Shown in pieces: positions 1 to 13,878 of a DNA stretch of 64,000 nt. Position numbers and translations under genes: made by a program. The number at the start of each line of letters is the position of its first letter. Position 1 is the stretch's first letter. The stretch spans positions 24,986,001 through 25,050,000 of the forward strand of contig OY740797.1 of the NCBI GenBank assembly GCA_963514005.1, in the 5' to 3' direction. Source of the DNA: Raja brachyura (Eukaryota). The notes under the pieces were generated by a model. That model did not search any database. It was given only the letters and a program-made list of their open reading frames with translations, and was not told where the DNA came from.

Positions 1-27
1 GAGGAGATTCGATATGTTGTCATTGAG

Positions 28-480
28 TCATACAACGTGGAAACATGCCCTTCGGCCCAACTTGCCCACATCGGCCAACTTTTCAAAGCAACACTCGTCC
101 CACCTGCCCGCATTTGGCCCATATCCCTCCAAACCTGCCCTATCCATATATCCGTCTAACTGTTTCTTAAACTTTGGTATAGACCCTGTCACAAGTACCT
201 CATCGAGCAGCAGGTTCCATACCCACCATCCTTTGCTGAAAAGGTTACCCCTCAGTTTCCTATTAAATCTTTTCACCTCGATTCACTTACTCTGGCAAAG
301 AGGCTCTGTGCATCTACCGGAACTATTCCTCTCATGAATTTATAAACCCCCATAAGATCACACTTCCTCCTCCTGAGCGTCAATAAATACCCTACTCCAC
401 CTCACCCTACAACTCAGACCCACTAGTATGGCAACATCCTGGTATGTCTTCTCTGCACCCTTTCCTGCTTGACAACATCT
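28..480 (-). mobile_element. CR1-type LINE 3' fragment (degenerate)
   Basis: ORF 28-276 resembles the CR1 ORF2 C-terminus (RGNLF...VWN..LDGYMD); CR1-like 3' UTR motif. Confidence 0.75.
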
Positions 481-624
481 TTAAACGAAAGCACTCTTAA
501 TCCTTTACAGTATATGGTAGATAGCGTATTAACAGGTTGCATCATGCCCTGGTTCGGAACACCCAGGAAAGGAATTACAATAAGTGGTGGACACTGCCCA
601 GTCCATCAGGTGTTCCGACCTTCC

Positions 625-923
625 AGAGATAGTGCGGAAACAGGTCCTTCGGGCCATCGATTCCGCGACAACCAGCGAACCCCGCATATTAACACCATCA
701 GACACACACTGGTGATATTTTCTACATTCACCAAGCCAACTTACAAACATACCTGTACGTCTTTGGGGTGTGGGAGGAAACAGAAGATCTCGGAGAGAAT
801 TCACGCGGTCACGGGGAGAACGTACATTCTCTGGACAGACCACACCCGTAGTCAGGATCGATCGCGGGTCTCCGACGCTGCAAGCGCTGAGGCAGCAACT
901 CTACCGCTGCGCCACCGTGCCGC
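625..923 (-). mobile_element. tRNA-derived V-SINE (HE1-like)
   Basis: Minus strand starts GCGGCACGGTGGCGCAGCGGTAGAG (tRNA head, A box), then a V-domain core (GTACGTTCTCCCCGTGACC...TTTCCTCCCACACCCCAAAGACGT) and a CR1-derived tail. Confidence 0.85.
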
Positions 924-1734
924 GTTTTCTTGGGGGGACGGAAGTGTGCGGGGTGGGGGGGGGGGGGGGGGAGTGATTTAACAGATTGAAAGTTTAGCAA
1001 TAGCCATGACTCAATACGAAATCGGACACAATCTATAAAGGCAAAGAAGCGTCACCAACATGCTCCCGTCCACGCAACAAAAGCATTCTTTCTACATCGG
1101 TGGGTAAATCTTTGAGCTCCATCCCAAACAGATCTATGCAAGTGCTCCCACCAGAGAAATTCCGGGGATCGTTCTCTTCCATCCAGTAGCAGACACTCCA
1201 GCAGCTGTTCTAAAGGTTTCTTAGGCTTTTTTTTCCGCTGGGGTGTGGTGGTGGTGGTGGGGGGGGGGGGGGGGGGGGGGGGGGGGTTGGAATAGGGGGA
1301 AAGGGAAACCGTTTCTCAGTCACTTACCTGGATGGAGATGCTTCTTTTCTCTGTGTCGCATCTTCGCCCACCCCCCTCGCGGCCCATCAACAGGATTGGC
1401 GCGGCCTTTCCTGCCGGAGACCGGCCAGAGCTTCAGCAGCGGCGCAGCACTGAATTACCATCGCGGAGCGGGACAATCGCTTGCTGGGAATGGCCTGGGT
1501 TGGAGCTCCGGAGTGTTGGGCCTGCTGACCTTAACACCGTGGAGCTGTGGAGCTGTGGAGCTTCTAACGGCGGGCGGCGCTGACGGTAACATAGCGGAGG
1601 CCTGGGATCCCTTGCCCGGGGGGTCGCCAGTGTTGGAGCTCCGCCCAGCCCGGGCTGTGGACCGGAAACCGCGGTCTCGGGTAGGAAGCCGCCGATTCGG
1701 AAACTACAAGCCGCTGAGTGTGGGCGAGAGGGTT

Positions 1735-4142
1735 TTGTTTATTCATCAAGCAAAAGAGAAGTGATTCGAGTGGAATTGCTGCTCTTCAATTTAAAGGCAA
1801 ATTAGCCAGCACCCCAAAGGAAAAGCAGAGGCACATAGAAAACAATACCAGTCTACATTCACCAAAGAAGACATCACTAACATCCCCTCATCAGGACCTA
1901 GACAGGCTCCAAGGATTTCTGATGTGTCCATCACTACTGAGGGTATAATGAAACTTCTTAAGAATCTTGATGCAAACAAAGCCTTCTTACTTTCTACTTC
2001 AGTTGTATAGGGTCTTGGTGAGGCCACACCTGGAGCATTGCGTACAGTTCTGGTCTCCAAATCTGAGGAAGGACATTATTGCCATAGAGGGAGTGCAACG
2101 AAGGTTCACCAGAATGATTCCTGGGATGTCAGGACTGTCTTATGAACAAAGACTGCATAGACTCGGTTTATACTCTCTAGAATTTAGGAGATTGAGAGGG
2201 GATCTTATAGAAACTTGCAACATTCTTAAGGGGTTGGACAGGCTAGATGCAGGAAGATTGTTCCCGATGTTGGGGAGGTCCAGGACAAGGGGTCACAAGC
2301 TTAAGGATAAGGGGGAAATCCTTTAGGACCGAGATGAGAAGGAATTTTTTCACACAGAGAGTGGTGGGTCTCTGGAACTCTCTGCCACAGAGGGTAGTTG
2401 AGGCCAGTTCATTGGCTATATTTAAGAGGGAGTTAGATGTGGCCCTTGTGGCTAAGGGGATCAGAGGGTATGGAGAGAAGGCAGGTACGGGATACTGAGT
2501 TGGATGATCAGCCATGATCATATTGAATGGCGGTGCAGGCTCGAAGGGCCGAATGGCCTACTCCTGCACCTAATTTCTATGTTTCTATGTTTCTAAGCCT
2601 CTGGTCCAGTTGACATCTCTCCAATAATACTTAAATTGTGTGCTGAACAAGTGGCACCCATTTTGCAAATCATCTTCTCAGAGAGTGTTCTGAGAGGTGA
2701 AATACCTCGTGATTGGAGGCAAGCCAACATCACTGCTTTATTTAAGAAATGGAGTGGAACTGACCCTGAAAATTACAGGCTGGTGTCGCTCACCTCAGTT
2801 TGATTTAAACTATTAGAGCATGTCATCTATCGACACATTATGGGACACCCGGAGAGAAACAACATCCTCGGTCATACGCAACAAGGTTTCCGGGCCAGAC
2901 GGTCATATCAATCCCAGCTGATAACTACCATTCACCAAATATTTAGCTCTGTGGAAGAAACCAAACAAGTGGACGCAGTGGTGCTAGATTTTGCAAACGC
3001 TTTTCACACTGTTCCACATCAGAGGCTTCTTCACCATCTCAAATATTTTGGTGTAGAGGGCTCACTTCACTCCTGGATAACTAGATTTTTAACTGACAGG
3101 GAGCAGTCAGTTGTAGTCCAGGGAACATCCTCAAAACCAGCCCATGTCGATCCTGACGTGCCACAGGGCACTGTGCTGGGACCGCTGGTGTTTTTAGTCT
3201 ACATTAACAATATCCCAAATAACATCACATCTAAGTTCTGCCTCTTCGCCGACGATAGTGTGGTTTATCGACTAATCAAGTCTCATGGTGATTGACTGAT
3301 GCTTCAAAAAGATCTGCGCTCATTGGAGAGATGGCAGAAGAAATGGCAAATTATGTTCAAACCAGAAAAATGTAATGTCATGCGTTATACTAGGAAATCT
3401 AAACCAACCCATCATTCCTATATACTCTGGACATCAGCTAGACGCAGTTTCTAGTCATAAATACTTAGGAGTTACTTTGTCTGAAAACATGAAATCGAAC
3501 AAACATGTGGAAGGGGCAACAGCCAAAGACAGTAGTGTCATCAGCTTTCTAGTCGCAATCTGAAAAACGCACCCAAAGAAGTTAAGATCCAAGCATATAA
3601 AAGCCTGGAATGTCCACATGTTGAATATTGCTGCTCCGTGTGGGATCCTTTCACTCAAGGGAAAATCAATAAGATCCAGGCAGTGCAAAACAGAGCAGCA
3701 AGGTTCATATCTAACAACGACAAGTGGTAGAGCTCAGTCTCCAGCATGATAAAGGACCTTAAACTTCATCCACCTACTACTCGTCGCAAGATCATCAGAC
3801 TGACAACATTCCACACGATCAAGAATTCCACTATTGATTTAAAGATGGTGGACCTCATCCAATTAATCCAAGCACCCATAGGCATGTCAATTAGAAGCTT
3901 ACAACCTGGAAATTATTTCATTCCGCACGGCACTTCATTAGCACTTTTAACTCGTTTTTCTTCAAGACAGCAAGGGATTGGAATGCCCTACCAGCGAGCA
4001 CCAGATATCTCTAAAACATCAGCACATACAAAGATGCACTCCAAAGGCATCTCCATCTGGACTAGCACGTTCACCACCATCATAGTGCTGAGTGATGCTC
4101 CTAGCTAGAGCTTTTCTGCGTATTACATCCAGATCCAGATCC
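1735..4142 (+). mobile_element. Divergent non-LTR retrotransposon (RT-containing, disrupted), interrupted by a CR1 fragment
   Basis: ORF 2840-3295 has RT motifs (QGFR, LDFANAFHTVPH, VPQGTVLGP, FADD). The upstream reading ...KNLDANKA|SGP... is split by an insertion. 3' tail (ATCCAG)n near 4127-4142. Confidence 0.8.
1985..2594 (+). mobile_element. CR1 LINE 3' fragment inserted into the older LINE
   Basis: LVRPHLEHCVQFWSP, RRLRGDLIE and FFTQRVV motifs; (TTTCTATG)n tail; AAGCCT repeated at 1979-1984 and 2595-2600. Confidence 0.9.
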
Positions 4143-6050
4143 TGGGCCTGTACATTGGGCCGCCGTAGCGGCACTGCAGAGGGCTCAAAGTAAACACCCG
4201 GTGTTTAAAACAAGAAGTGGTACATGAAATATATTATGTTATTTTTAGCTTATATCACTGTAATGTACATTACTTCTAATAAATATAATACTACAAAAAA
4301 AAGAAAGAAAGAAAGGGTGCATGGGACTGACAATTTCGCTTTCCTAGTAGCGCGCATATAATTGATCTTTCAACTGCGACGAACACTTATTTTCCTCGGT
4401 TAATGTAATTTAATGTGATGAAAGGTTTAGTTTACAAAGTCTTCATTGCACTGCTCATGGTAAAAGGCGATGCATATACGCGATTTATTCCTGTCATGCT
4501 CATATAAGCATCAATAAGATTAAACCTTACCCTCCTGCGCTGCAAGGCATCAAGTCATAACCTGCTCAGGCTCTCCCTATAGCTCAGACCCTCGCGTCGT
4601 GGAAACATCCTCGTAAATCTGCTCTATACCCTTTCCAGCTTAACTACATCATGCGGAGTTGCAGAGGCAGATACGATAGGGGTATGTTAGACATTTTTAA
4701 ATAGGAAAATGCAGGGAATGGAAGGATATGTCTCGCAAAGAGCGGATATTAATTTAGCTTGGCATCATATTCGGCACTGAAATTGTGGGCCGAAGGGCCC
4801 ATTCATGTTCTATGTTTAGGAGTTGTCGAATTCTTTTTTGAGCAGTTATATGTTTGGAAATTGATGGGATGCTTTAGGTATTTGTCGTGTTCGCAATACA
4901 TGTCACGGTACTTAAACTGGACACGGTATGGTCGCGTGTCTGTGTGTGTTCAGTAGTTGTTGATGTGGGATTGAACTAGTGCGCTGTGCGGAGGGAAGAA
5001 CGTACTCAGTTGGGTGAAGCTTTCTGGCATATTTCCACCCAGAAATCGAATATGACGCTGACGTGTAATTATCATTCAGACTGAAGGTTCTGTTCTCCCA
5101 CTCGACGCTCTACTGAGTTCCAATGAAACTCGACGTAAAATGACGGATAACGTTTTGATTAATATTCTCAATTTGCAATTTAATCATTTGAATTCTGGTA
5201 CTACATTCATTTCCATTGTTTACATGTTTTGTGACGTTGCATTATTCTCAGATTTTCCCCCGTTTATAAAGTAATGTTTTCTTTCTTCCACCCACACTAA
5301 TACGCCACCACGCCCCCCACCTATTCTTTCTCTGAATTTGTTTAACAATTTTCATCATTAACTTTTGTTACTTCCGCTATAACGTTCTCGGCAGAAACTA
5401 ATTTATGTAGTCGTAGATGTGTTGTGACTCGTATTTTAACATTGATTTTCCTTGAAACTATGAGTTCCTAAAATCACGGTAGAAGAGTCTTTTACACAAG
5501 ATTGCGGTTAGAATATATCACGCTCATTATTCACCAAATGTTTCTTCCAACAACATACGTTTTGTTAACATTTATTAGATCGACTAGAAATAGCTACATA
5601 AATGGTCAAACATGGATATTCTGCAAAATAGCTCAATTCGCGATCTGCCAAAAATGTTCAATCATCTGGATATCACAGGTCTCGACTCGAACGCAATGTT
5701 TTTTTTTTGACTAAACGACTGCAACTACAATACTCGCTAACATATGATGGTTTCCATTTCATTGACTACCACCTGCAATCTTAATCTATACTCCTTTCGC
5801 TGGATGCAGTTGAGGTTCCGCCTAAAAAATTAATCCCAGACATAAAAATGATAACTAAATGATATGAAATCAAAGAACAATGATTGTCCAAAGATCTCAT
5901 GGTCCGACGATCACGAAAAACCAATTACTTACTTGGAGCAAAACCTCTAGTACAGACTGAGCAAGGGTTCGTTTATCGCTACTTTATAACTCTGTAGCAC
6001 ACCATATTTCTGTGTTTCTATTGGGATACGAAACATCAAGTAAGACTCAC

Positions 6051-6374
6051 CGTGTACAACAATCCTCGTGCCATTGCCTTTGGAACTGCTTCCTTTCCCG
6101 TCTCTCACACTGCAATAATAGATCCCGGAGTCACGGAAGCCCACGTCTAACATATGTAATTCGGCAAATCCCTTCGGGACATTGTTCATTATCATCCTCC
6201 TGTTTGGGGTGGGAGCCAAAGTCTCTTCTTGGCCCTCTTTCTTCCAGTATACACCCAGCAGTGCTTTCTGACCGAAGTTTGGGAAAGCACAGTATAAGGA
6301 TACATTTTCACCTTTCACCTTCGTTACCTTATCGGGAATCTGACGCACACTGAACGAGAAGGGCCGGTCAGTTA
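6051..6374 (-). CDS. Gene A: Ig V-set (VJ-type) exon, NKp30/NCR3-like receptor
   Basis: Acceptor ttctgacAG, donor G|GTGAGT, 324 nt, phase 1-1. Canonical Cys (SLYC), Trp (VYW), DSGIYYC and J-like KGNGTRIVV. Confidence 0.9.
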
Positions 6375-6570
6375 CTGTCAGAATTTAAAAAAACACACGT
6401 TAAACTTGTGAAATGACAATGAACCGATTGATAAAAATCCAAATGGCTGAAATAGATCGACCGAAAAGTCAGCGTACAGTAGGGTAGAAGTTTGAAAGTT
6501 GTACATCTTATACTTTTCACGGATTGACTTTTTCCCTGTTTTTTCATTTAATAGAGAGAAATATATTAAC

Positions 6571-6625
6571 CTGTGTAACTCATGTGTAGGATCAAGAGAC
6601 ACAGCAGCACGGCAAACATAAACAT
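6571..6625 (-). CDS. Gene A: signal peptide exon (MFMFAVLLCLLILHMSYT)
   Basis: ATG at 6625, hydrophobic 18 aa plus 1 nt, donor G|GTTAAT. Phase matches the V exon and the 55-nt length matches the leaders of genes B and C. Confidence 0.85.
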
Positions 6626-7214
6626 TCTGAACAAATGCAGTGACATTCAACGATGTTTGCTCTCTGACAGCGAGTCAAGCAGTGAAGCTCGTTGGCGACC
6701 GTCTTGCAGCAATACCGCGTGGCCCGAATGGTCCTGTTTCACTTTGACGTCATAGCGCTGAGAAGCACACTTAATGTCACGGAGGACACAGACGTTGCAG
6801 ATTTTGTCTAGAGAATATGGCATATTTTGTGTATCATGGAAAGTTCTGATTTGATGCAGCGTCGCGAATGTCACAACCCCGATTAACATTTACAGGTGCT
6901 TTACATGATATGCCCAATGAAAAGTAGAATATCAAAGTAACGCAACCAGAAATACATAAATATAATTCGTGCAATGTGTCGAAAGATATGTCTCGCCAGT
7001 CAAATCTAAGCGCTTAACAAATACTGCAGCGGTTAGAATGGGAGAAGAAAACCAACGTTTAGAACAAATAAGCATATACTGTACATTATCTCAGCCTTGG
7101 GGAAAAAGACAAATAATGCTTATGGATATGTCGGTGAATAAAGGACGGGCGCAGAGGATAGGCGAAAATAAATACTTTCAAAACCTAAATGGTACTAAAG
7201 AGTTAAGAATTTAG

Positions 7215-7500
7215 AGAATATAGAAACAGTCCCATCGGAGCATCGAATCCACGCCAACCATCGATCACCCCTTGACACCAGTTCCATGTTATCCCACTTT
7301 CTCACCCACTACCTGCACGTTAAGGGCAATTTACAGCAGTCAACAAAGCAGCAAGTCTTTGGAATGTAGGAAGAAATCAGAGCACACGTAGAAAACCCAC
7401 GTGGTTACAAGGTGAACTTGCAAATTCCACACAGACAGCACCGAAGGGCGTTAGGATCGAACGAGGATCTGAGGCAGCATTTCGACCAGTTACCACCATT
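7215..7500 (-). mobile_element. V-SINE copy (diverged)
   Basis: Same head/V-domain/tail order as the 625-923 copy. Confidence 0.65.
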
Positions 7501-7776
7501 GAAGAGATGTATGCGCCCAAGCATTGATGAATTCCAATCAGCTGGTCTTCTATATTCACAGATTTGTAGAATTTTTAAATATATATACTGGATATTATCC
7601 TCCGAGGTTCTATAGATTCAGTAATGATTCCTGGATAGTTCTGAGTAGCAAATGTGAAACTTCCCTTTGGTTTCCAATGTTTCTTGGTTGGGATTGGGGG
7701 GGGGGGGGGGGATTTGGGGAACCAATGTTTCAATCACTTACCTCGACGGCGATGCGATTTGCTCCGTGTCGCATAT

Positions 7777-7807
<31 letters not shown>

Positions 7808-8479
7808 GTGCGCCTTTCCTGTATACAGGTCCGGAACGTCAGCGGCGCGGACTTACCATCGCGGAGCCGGGGATCTTTTACCGAGGATCGCCAGAAAACG
7901 AGCTCCGACCACTGCGGCTGTTGTTTATTTGGGGTTTCCGCAGACTTTCAATCTTTCAAAAGCTTTTCAACATTGGAGCTCGGTGAAAAGAGCACATAGA
8001 ATAGGGATCAGTAGAGACGTGTGAATTGTGACTTGATTTATGATTCGAAAGCGATGAATCGGAATAAACAGACAGTTCTCAATGTGGAAGCTCGTGCGCA
8101 ACGAAAATGAAATGATCCTTTATTGAAGTTTGAACAGGTTTAATCAATGGATTCGGCAAACTGGCCAGGTTTAGCGTTGCCTTAAAAATACGTGGTGAGT
8201 AATATGTCGCGACAGATGAAATACATTGAGGAAATGCCGTGGCAGATGGAGTACCATGAGGGAAAATTGAAATTATGCACACCCGTAGACAGTCAATGCA
8301 CAGATGCCGATTATATTTTTTAAGGGTAAGATATGCTGAAATGTTGATATTCAAAGGTACCTGTATGTCACCGAAGTCTAATCATTATTCATTTCCACCA
8401 AACAGTGAGGTTCGATAAGCAAGTGGTAAGTTAATGTTACATCCATACAAAAAGATGGTCGGCAGCAACTATGGTGCGA

Positions 8480-8975
8480 AGGAATAAGGGTCTCGACCCG
8501 AAACGTTACCTATTCCTTCGCTCCAGAGATGCTGTCTCACTCGATGAGTTTCTCCAGCATTTTTGTCTATCTTCGATATTTTTCCTGCATCTGCAGTTCT
8601 TTCTTAAACACAAAAGTTGGAGTAACTCGGCGGGACGGACAGCATCTCTGGAGAGAAGGAATGGATGTCGTTTCGGGTCGTGGCCCTTCTGTAGACTGGT
8701 TGGGGATAAGGGAAACGAGATATATGGACGGTGATGTGGAGAGATAAAGAACAATGAATGAAAGCTCTGCAAAACAGGTAACGACGATAAAGGAAACAGC
8801 CCATTGTAAGCTGTTTGTCGGGTGGAAATGAGAAGCTGGTGCGACCTGTGTGGCGGAGGGATAGAGAGCGAGGGAATGCCCGGGTGACCCGAAGTGAGAG
8901 AAATCAATATTCACACCACTGGGCTGCAAGTTTCCCAAGCGAAATATGAGACGCTGTTCCTCCAATTTGTTATTG
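8480..8975. mobile_element. Penelope-like element fragments (GIY-YIG C-terminus and terminal repeats, both orientations)
   Basis: KLEEQRLIFRLGNLQPSGVNIDF in ORF 8567-9019; GGGTCTCGACCCGAAACG repeat. Confidence 0.75.
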
Positions 8976-9467
8976 CTATAGAATTTCAGTACCAGAATAC
9001 ACTTGTCATCGTACAACAATATACGGCCTAGTTGAGATCACATCTGGCCTAATTTGTTACGGTTTAGCTTATTTTCTCCAGAAGTGAACAATTCCATCAA
9101 TTCCTACGAGGATGATTCGCCAGACCATCGTGAGATTGCGGGGATATCATGACAGGAGAAACGTGGTTGGGAGTATTGCTTTCTGTAGGATTTTGGAAGG
9201 TTCACAGAGTCGTGCAGCACGAGAACGAGAACGAGAACACGAGTCATGTACAGGTAACCATGTATGCGTATGCCTAGTTCCCTCTGCTCTATAATATTCC
9301 CCAGACTTCACTGTAAATGTGCTGCCCTGGGGTGACCTCCCAAAATGCAACAACTGGCAATTGTTTGCATTAAGCTTAATTAGCTATCCCTCAATCCGCG
9401 TGGGCGCAACTGATCCTGCTGTAATTTTTGATGACCCTCTTCACTGATTAGTCTTTTAGTTTAAAGG

Positions 9468-9750
9468 TGCAGCGTGGAAACAGGCCCTTTGGCGCACCAA
9501 GTCTGCACCAACCAGCAATCCCCATATATTAACACTCTCATACACACACTAAGGACAATTTACATTTAGATCAAGCCAATTAACGTACAAACCTGTACTG
9601 CTTTGGAGTGTGGAAACTAAAGATCTCGGAGAAAATTCACGTGGTCACAGGGAGAACGTACAAATTCCATACAGACAGCACCCGTAGACAGAAGCGAACC
9701 CGAGTCTTTGGCGCTGTAAACAGCAACTCTACCATTGCGCTGTCGTGCCG
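9468..9750 (-). mobile_element. V-SINE copy
   Basis: tRNA head, V-domain and CR1-like tail as at 625-923. Confidence 0.8.
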
Positions 9751-10329
9751 ATCCTGTCTACGATACCACCTCCATTAATGGCATCTGCAGACAGGCTTTC
9801 GGCATACAAGGCAATGTAATCATGCCTTGTTTCTTCTCATACAAATTGTTAATATGAAACACAAACAGCAATGGACCCAGACCCGATCCATGAACACAGC
9901 AAGAGTCGCAGGCTTCAATCTGAATGTTTTAATTTTTTTTAACTACTTCCTTCCATAAATCAGATTTTTTACCCATTAAGCAAGCTCTCGCGCCATCTAG
10001 CTTTCCAGGGTAACTTGGCATACAGAACCTTACACATAAACATTATTTCTGGCCTTGCCATCTTCAACCATGTAAGTTGCTTCCTCAAAACTCTTGATCA
10101 TATGTGTGTCTATATCACCTTCGTAAATACACCAGGTTCAATGTCACTGATCAGCCATTGCTCATAAAGCTGCATTTATATCTTAACTCAGAATACTCTC
10201 CAGTAACATATCTGCAATAGATGTCAGGCACAGATCTATAGTTCCTAGGCTTTTCCTTGCATGAAAACCATGAGGATCTGGGAACTTGGGGTCAATCAAT
10301 GGAAGTGGCTTGAGGGCAATCGGTATTAC

Positions 10330-11220
10330 GATAGAGGTGCTCAACGTCCTAACGTATAAAAGGTAGATAAATCCTCCGGGCCTGATCATATTTATCCGAG
10401 GGCACTGCGGGAAGCTAGAGAACAAATTGCAGGTGACCTGGCTGAGATATATGAGTAATCATTAATTATGGCTGAGATGCCGGAAGATTGCAGGGTGGCA
10501 ATTGTGGACGAAGGAACTAGAGCTGCTGGTTTAAACCAGAGATGGATACAAAATGCTGAAGTAACTCAGCGGGACAGACAGCATCACTGGAGAGAAGGAG
10601 TGAGTGACATATTGGGCCGAGACCTTTCTTCAGATGGTTTGGATTGGAGTGGCGTGCCTCCAGGATCGGTGCTGGGCCTATTGTTGTTTGTTACTTACTG
10701 AATATCAGCGATTTGGAAGAGAACATACAAGGCCGGATTAGTAAGATTGCAGATTGTAGATATATTGTAAAATTGTAGATAGCGAAAATTGTTATCAAAG
10801 GTTACAGCTGGATCGTGTTCAATTGGGCAAGTGGGCTGATCAATGGTTAATGAGTGTAATGCAGATAAGTGTGAGGTTTTGTATTTTTGGGAAGTCAAAT
10901 ATGGACAGGACCTGTATAGTATACGGCAAAACGCCAGGGAGTTTGTAGAGCAGAGGGGTCAAGGTATGGTGGTACAGTACATGTTTCCTTGACAGTGGTG
11001 TTAAGATTAAGTTAAGGTTGTTAAGAAGGCTTTCGGCATACAAGCCTTCATCAGTCGGGTAATGAGTATAGATTTCAGGATGTTATGTTACAGCTGTATA
11101 ATGACCTGGGGCGCCGCTTTCCACATGATAGTGGGGATATGAAATGAACTGCCAGATGAGATTATTGAAGCTGAAACTACAACGACACTTAAAGGATATT
11201 TGAACAGTACATGGATGGTT
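10330..11220 (+). mobile_element. Degenerate CR1 LINE fragments
   Basis: Remnants of DKSSGPD, PEDCRVA, SGVPPGSVLG and NADKCEV motifs with many disruptions. Confidence 0.65.
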
Positions 11221-12570
11221 TTGGAGACATAGAAACATAGAAACATAGAAAATAGGTGCAGGAGGAGGCCATTCGGTCCTTCGAGCCAGCACCACCATTC
11301 ATTGTGATCATGGCTGATCGTCCGCTATCAATAACCCGTGCCTGCCTTCTCCCCATATCTCTTGACACCACTAGCCCCTAGAGCTCTATCCAACTCTCTC
11401 TTAAATCCATCCAGCGATTTGGCCTCCACTGCCCTCTGTGGCAGGGAATTGCACAAATTCACAACTCTCTGGGTAAAAACGTTTTTTCTCAGCTCAGTCT
11501 TAAATTACCTCCCCTTTATTCTAAGACCAAACCCCGGCAGATGGGACCAATGAAGATGGGACACCGTGATCGGCATGATACATCCAGCCCCTCTGCCAAC
11601 ATATCTCTGCTTGCCCCATACTCCAATATTAAAATTCCCCCACTCAGTTTATATCTGTGCCCTCTAATGTTGGACATTCCCCACCCTAGGATAACATTTG
11701 TGATAGACTACCCTATCTATGCCGGTCATATATATATGTTTTAATTATCTATCGTCCCATCAGCCTCTCACTTTCAAGAGAAAATAATCCAGGTTTATCC
11801 TGGTTTATCCAACCTCTCCTTGGAGCTGAAACTCTCTAATCCAAGCAACGTTCTGGGAAACCTCCTCTGCATCCTCTCCAATGCATCCACATCACTTCTG
11901 TAATGGGGCAACCGGAACTGTACGCAAAACTAAATGCAGCAAATCAATCCAAAGTAAAAAATCACCATGTCTCCCACAAATTGGAATATTCTCGATTAGC
12001 ATTAAATTACAGAATTTCTCTAAATGGTTTGTTAGAATCCATGCAGACAAATATCACTGCCCCATCCACATAAATCACCTTCATCATTGCATTAAATGTA
12101 ATCAGACGTGAGCTCCAATAGATTCCCGATGACTGACATGAACCTCAACAGCTTCTGATTCCCTTGATTACTTCTTTCCTTCAGAAAGAAAAGGGTAACA
12201 TTCGATACTCTTCAGTCATCCGGGAACTCGATTGTGGTTTACATGGATACCAAAGTTCTCAACAAAGGCGCTGCAATCTCACCACCTCCCTTGCCCCCCT
12301 CAATAAAAGGGGGCATATTCCACCGGGACTTGGAATTTATGCACCTTAAGGCTTTGGAAGATAACCAACAACATCTCTTTCTGGTTCTCAAAGTGCACCA
12401 GCATATTGTCATCTAATTTACAATATTTCAGGCCATCCAATCATTCCTCGCCTAAACAACATCATTCCTCCTCCTTATTGGCGTATACTGGTCCCGATTG
12501 CTGATCAGTTGGCCTTTAATCGACTCCACTATGTCCAATGTAAACGTACCCAACAAGATCTAATCACCAC

Positions 12571-13878
12571 TAGGGTCTAATTAGGAACAGTCAACATGGA
12601 TTTATGCCTGGAAGGTCATGTTTGACAAATCTTCTTGATTTTTTTGAAGAGGTTACTAGGGAAATTGACGAGGGTAAAGCAGTGGATGTTGTCTATATGG
12701 ACTTCAGTAAGGCCTTTGACAAGGTTCCTCATGGAAGGTTGGTTAAGAAGGTTCAACTGTTGGGTATAAATGCAGGAATAGCAAGATGGATTCAACAGTG
12801 GCTGAATGGGAGAAGCCAGAGAGTAATGGTGGATGGCTGTTTGTCAGGTTGGAGGCAGGTGACTAGTGGGGTGCCTCAGGGATCTGTGTTGGGTCCTTTG
12901 TTGTTTGTCATGTACATCAATGATCTGGATGAAGGGGTGGTAAATTGGATTAGTAAGTATGCAGATGATACCAAGATAGGGGGTGTTGTGGATAATGAAG
13001 AGGATTTCCAAAGTCTACAGAGTGATTTAGGCCAGTTGGAAAAATGGGCTGAAAGATGGCAGATGGAGTTTAATGCTGATAAATGTGAGGTGCTACACCT
13101 TGGCAGGACAAATCAAAATAGGACGTACATGGTAAACGGTAGGGAATTGAAGAATACAGTTGAACAGAGGGATCTGGGAATAACCGTGCATAGTTCCTTG
13201 AAGGTGGAATCTCATATAGATAGGGTGGTAAAGAAAGCTTTTGGTATGCTAGCCTTTATAAATCAGAGCATTGAGTATAGAAGCTGGGATGTAATGTTAA
13301 AATTGTACAAGGCGTTGGTGAGACCAAATCTGGAGTATGGTGTGCAGTTTTGGTCACCCAATTATAGGAAGGATGTCAACAAAATAGAGAGGGTACAGAG
13401 GAGATTTACTAGAATGTTGCCTGGGTTTCAACAGCTAAGTTACAGAGATAGGTTAAATAAGTTAGGTCTTTATTCTCTGGAGCGCAGAAGGTTAAGGGGG
13501 GACTTGATAGAGGTCTTTAAAATGATGAGAGGGATAGACAGAGTTAATGTGGACAAGCTTTTCCCTTTGAGAATAGGGAAGATTCAAACACGAGGACATG
13601 ACTTTAGAATTAAGGGACAGAGGTTTAGGGGTAACATGAGGGGGAACTTCTTTACTCAGAGAGTGGTAACGGTGTGGAATGAGCTTCCAGTGGAAGTGGT
13701 GGCGGCAGGTTCGTTGGTAACATTTAAAAATAAATTGGATAGGCATATGGATGAGAAGGGTATGGAGGGTTATGGTATGAGTGCAGGCAGGTGGGACTAA
13801 GGGAAAAAAGTTGTTCGGCACGGACTTGAAGGGCCGAGATGGCCTGTTTCCGTGCTGTAATTGTTATATCGTTATACC
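12571..13878 (+). mobile_element. Young 5'-truncated CR1 LINE with an uninterrupted 398-aa RT/C-terminal ORF
   Basis: ORF 12604-13800 has [30 protein letters not shown] and YADD; 3' UTR followed by a GTTATAT tail. Confidence 0.95.

Noticed and set aside
860-923. tRNA-like sequence
   Set aside because: It is the head of a V-SINE, continuous with the V-domain and LINE-derived tail.
4860-5720. Search for gene A C1/TM exons on the minus strand
   Set aside because: No C1 motifs or hydrophobic exon with valid splice sites recognised.
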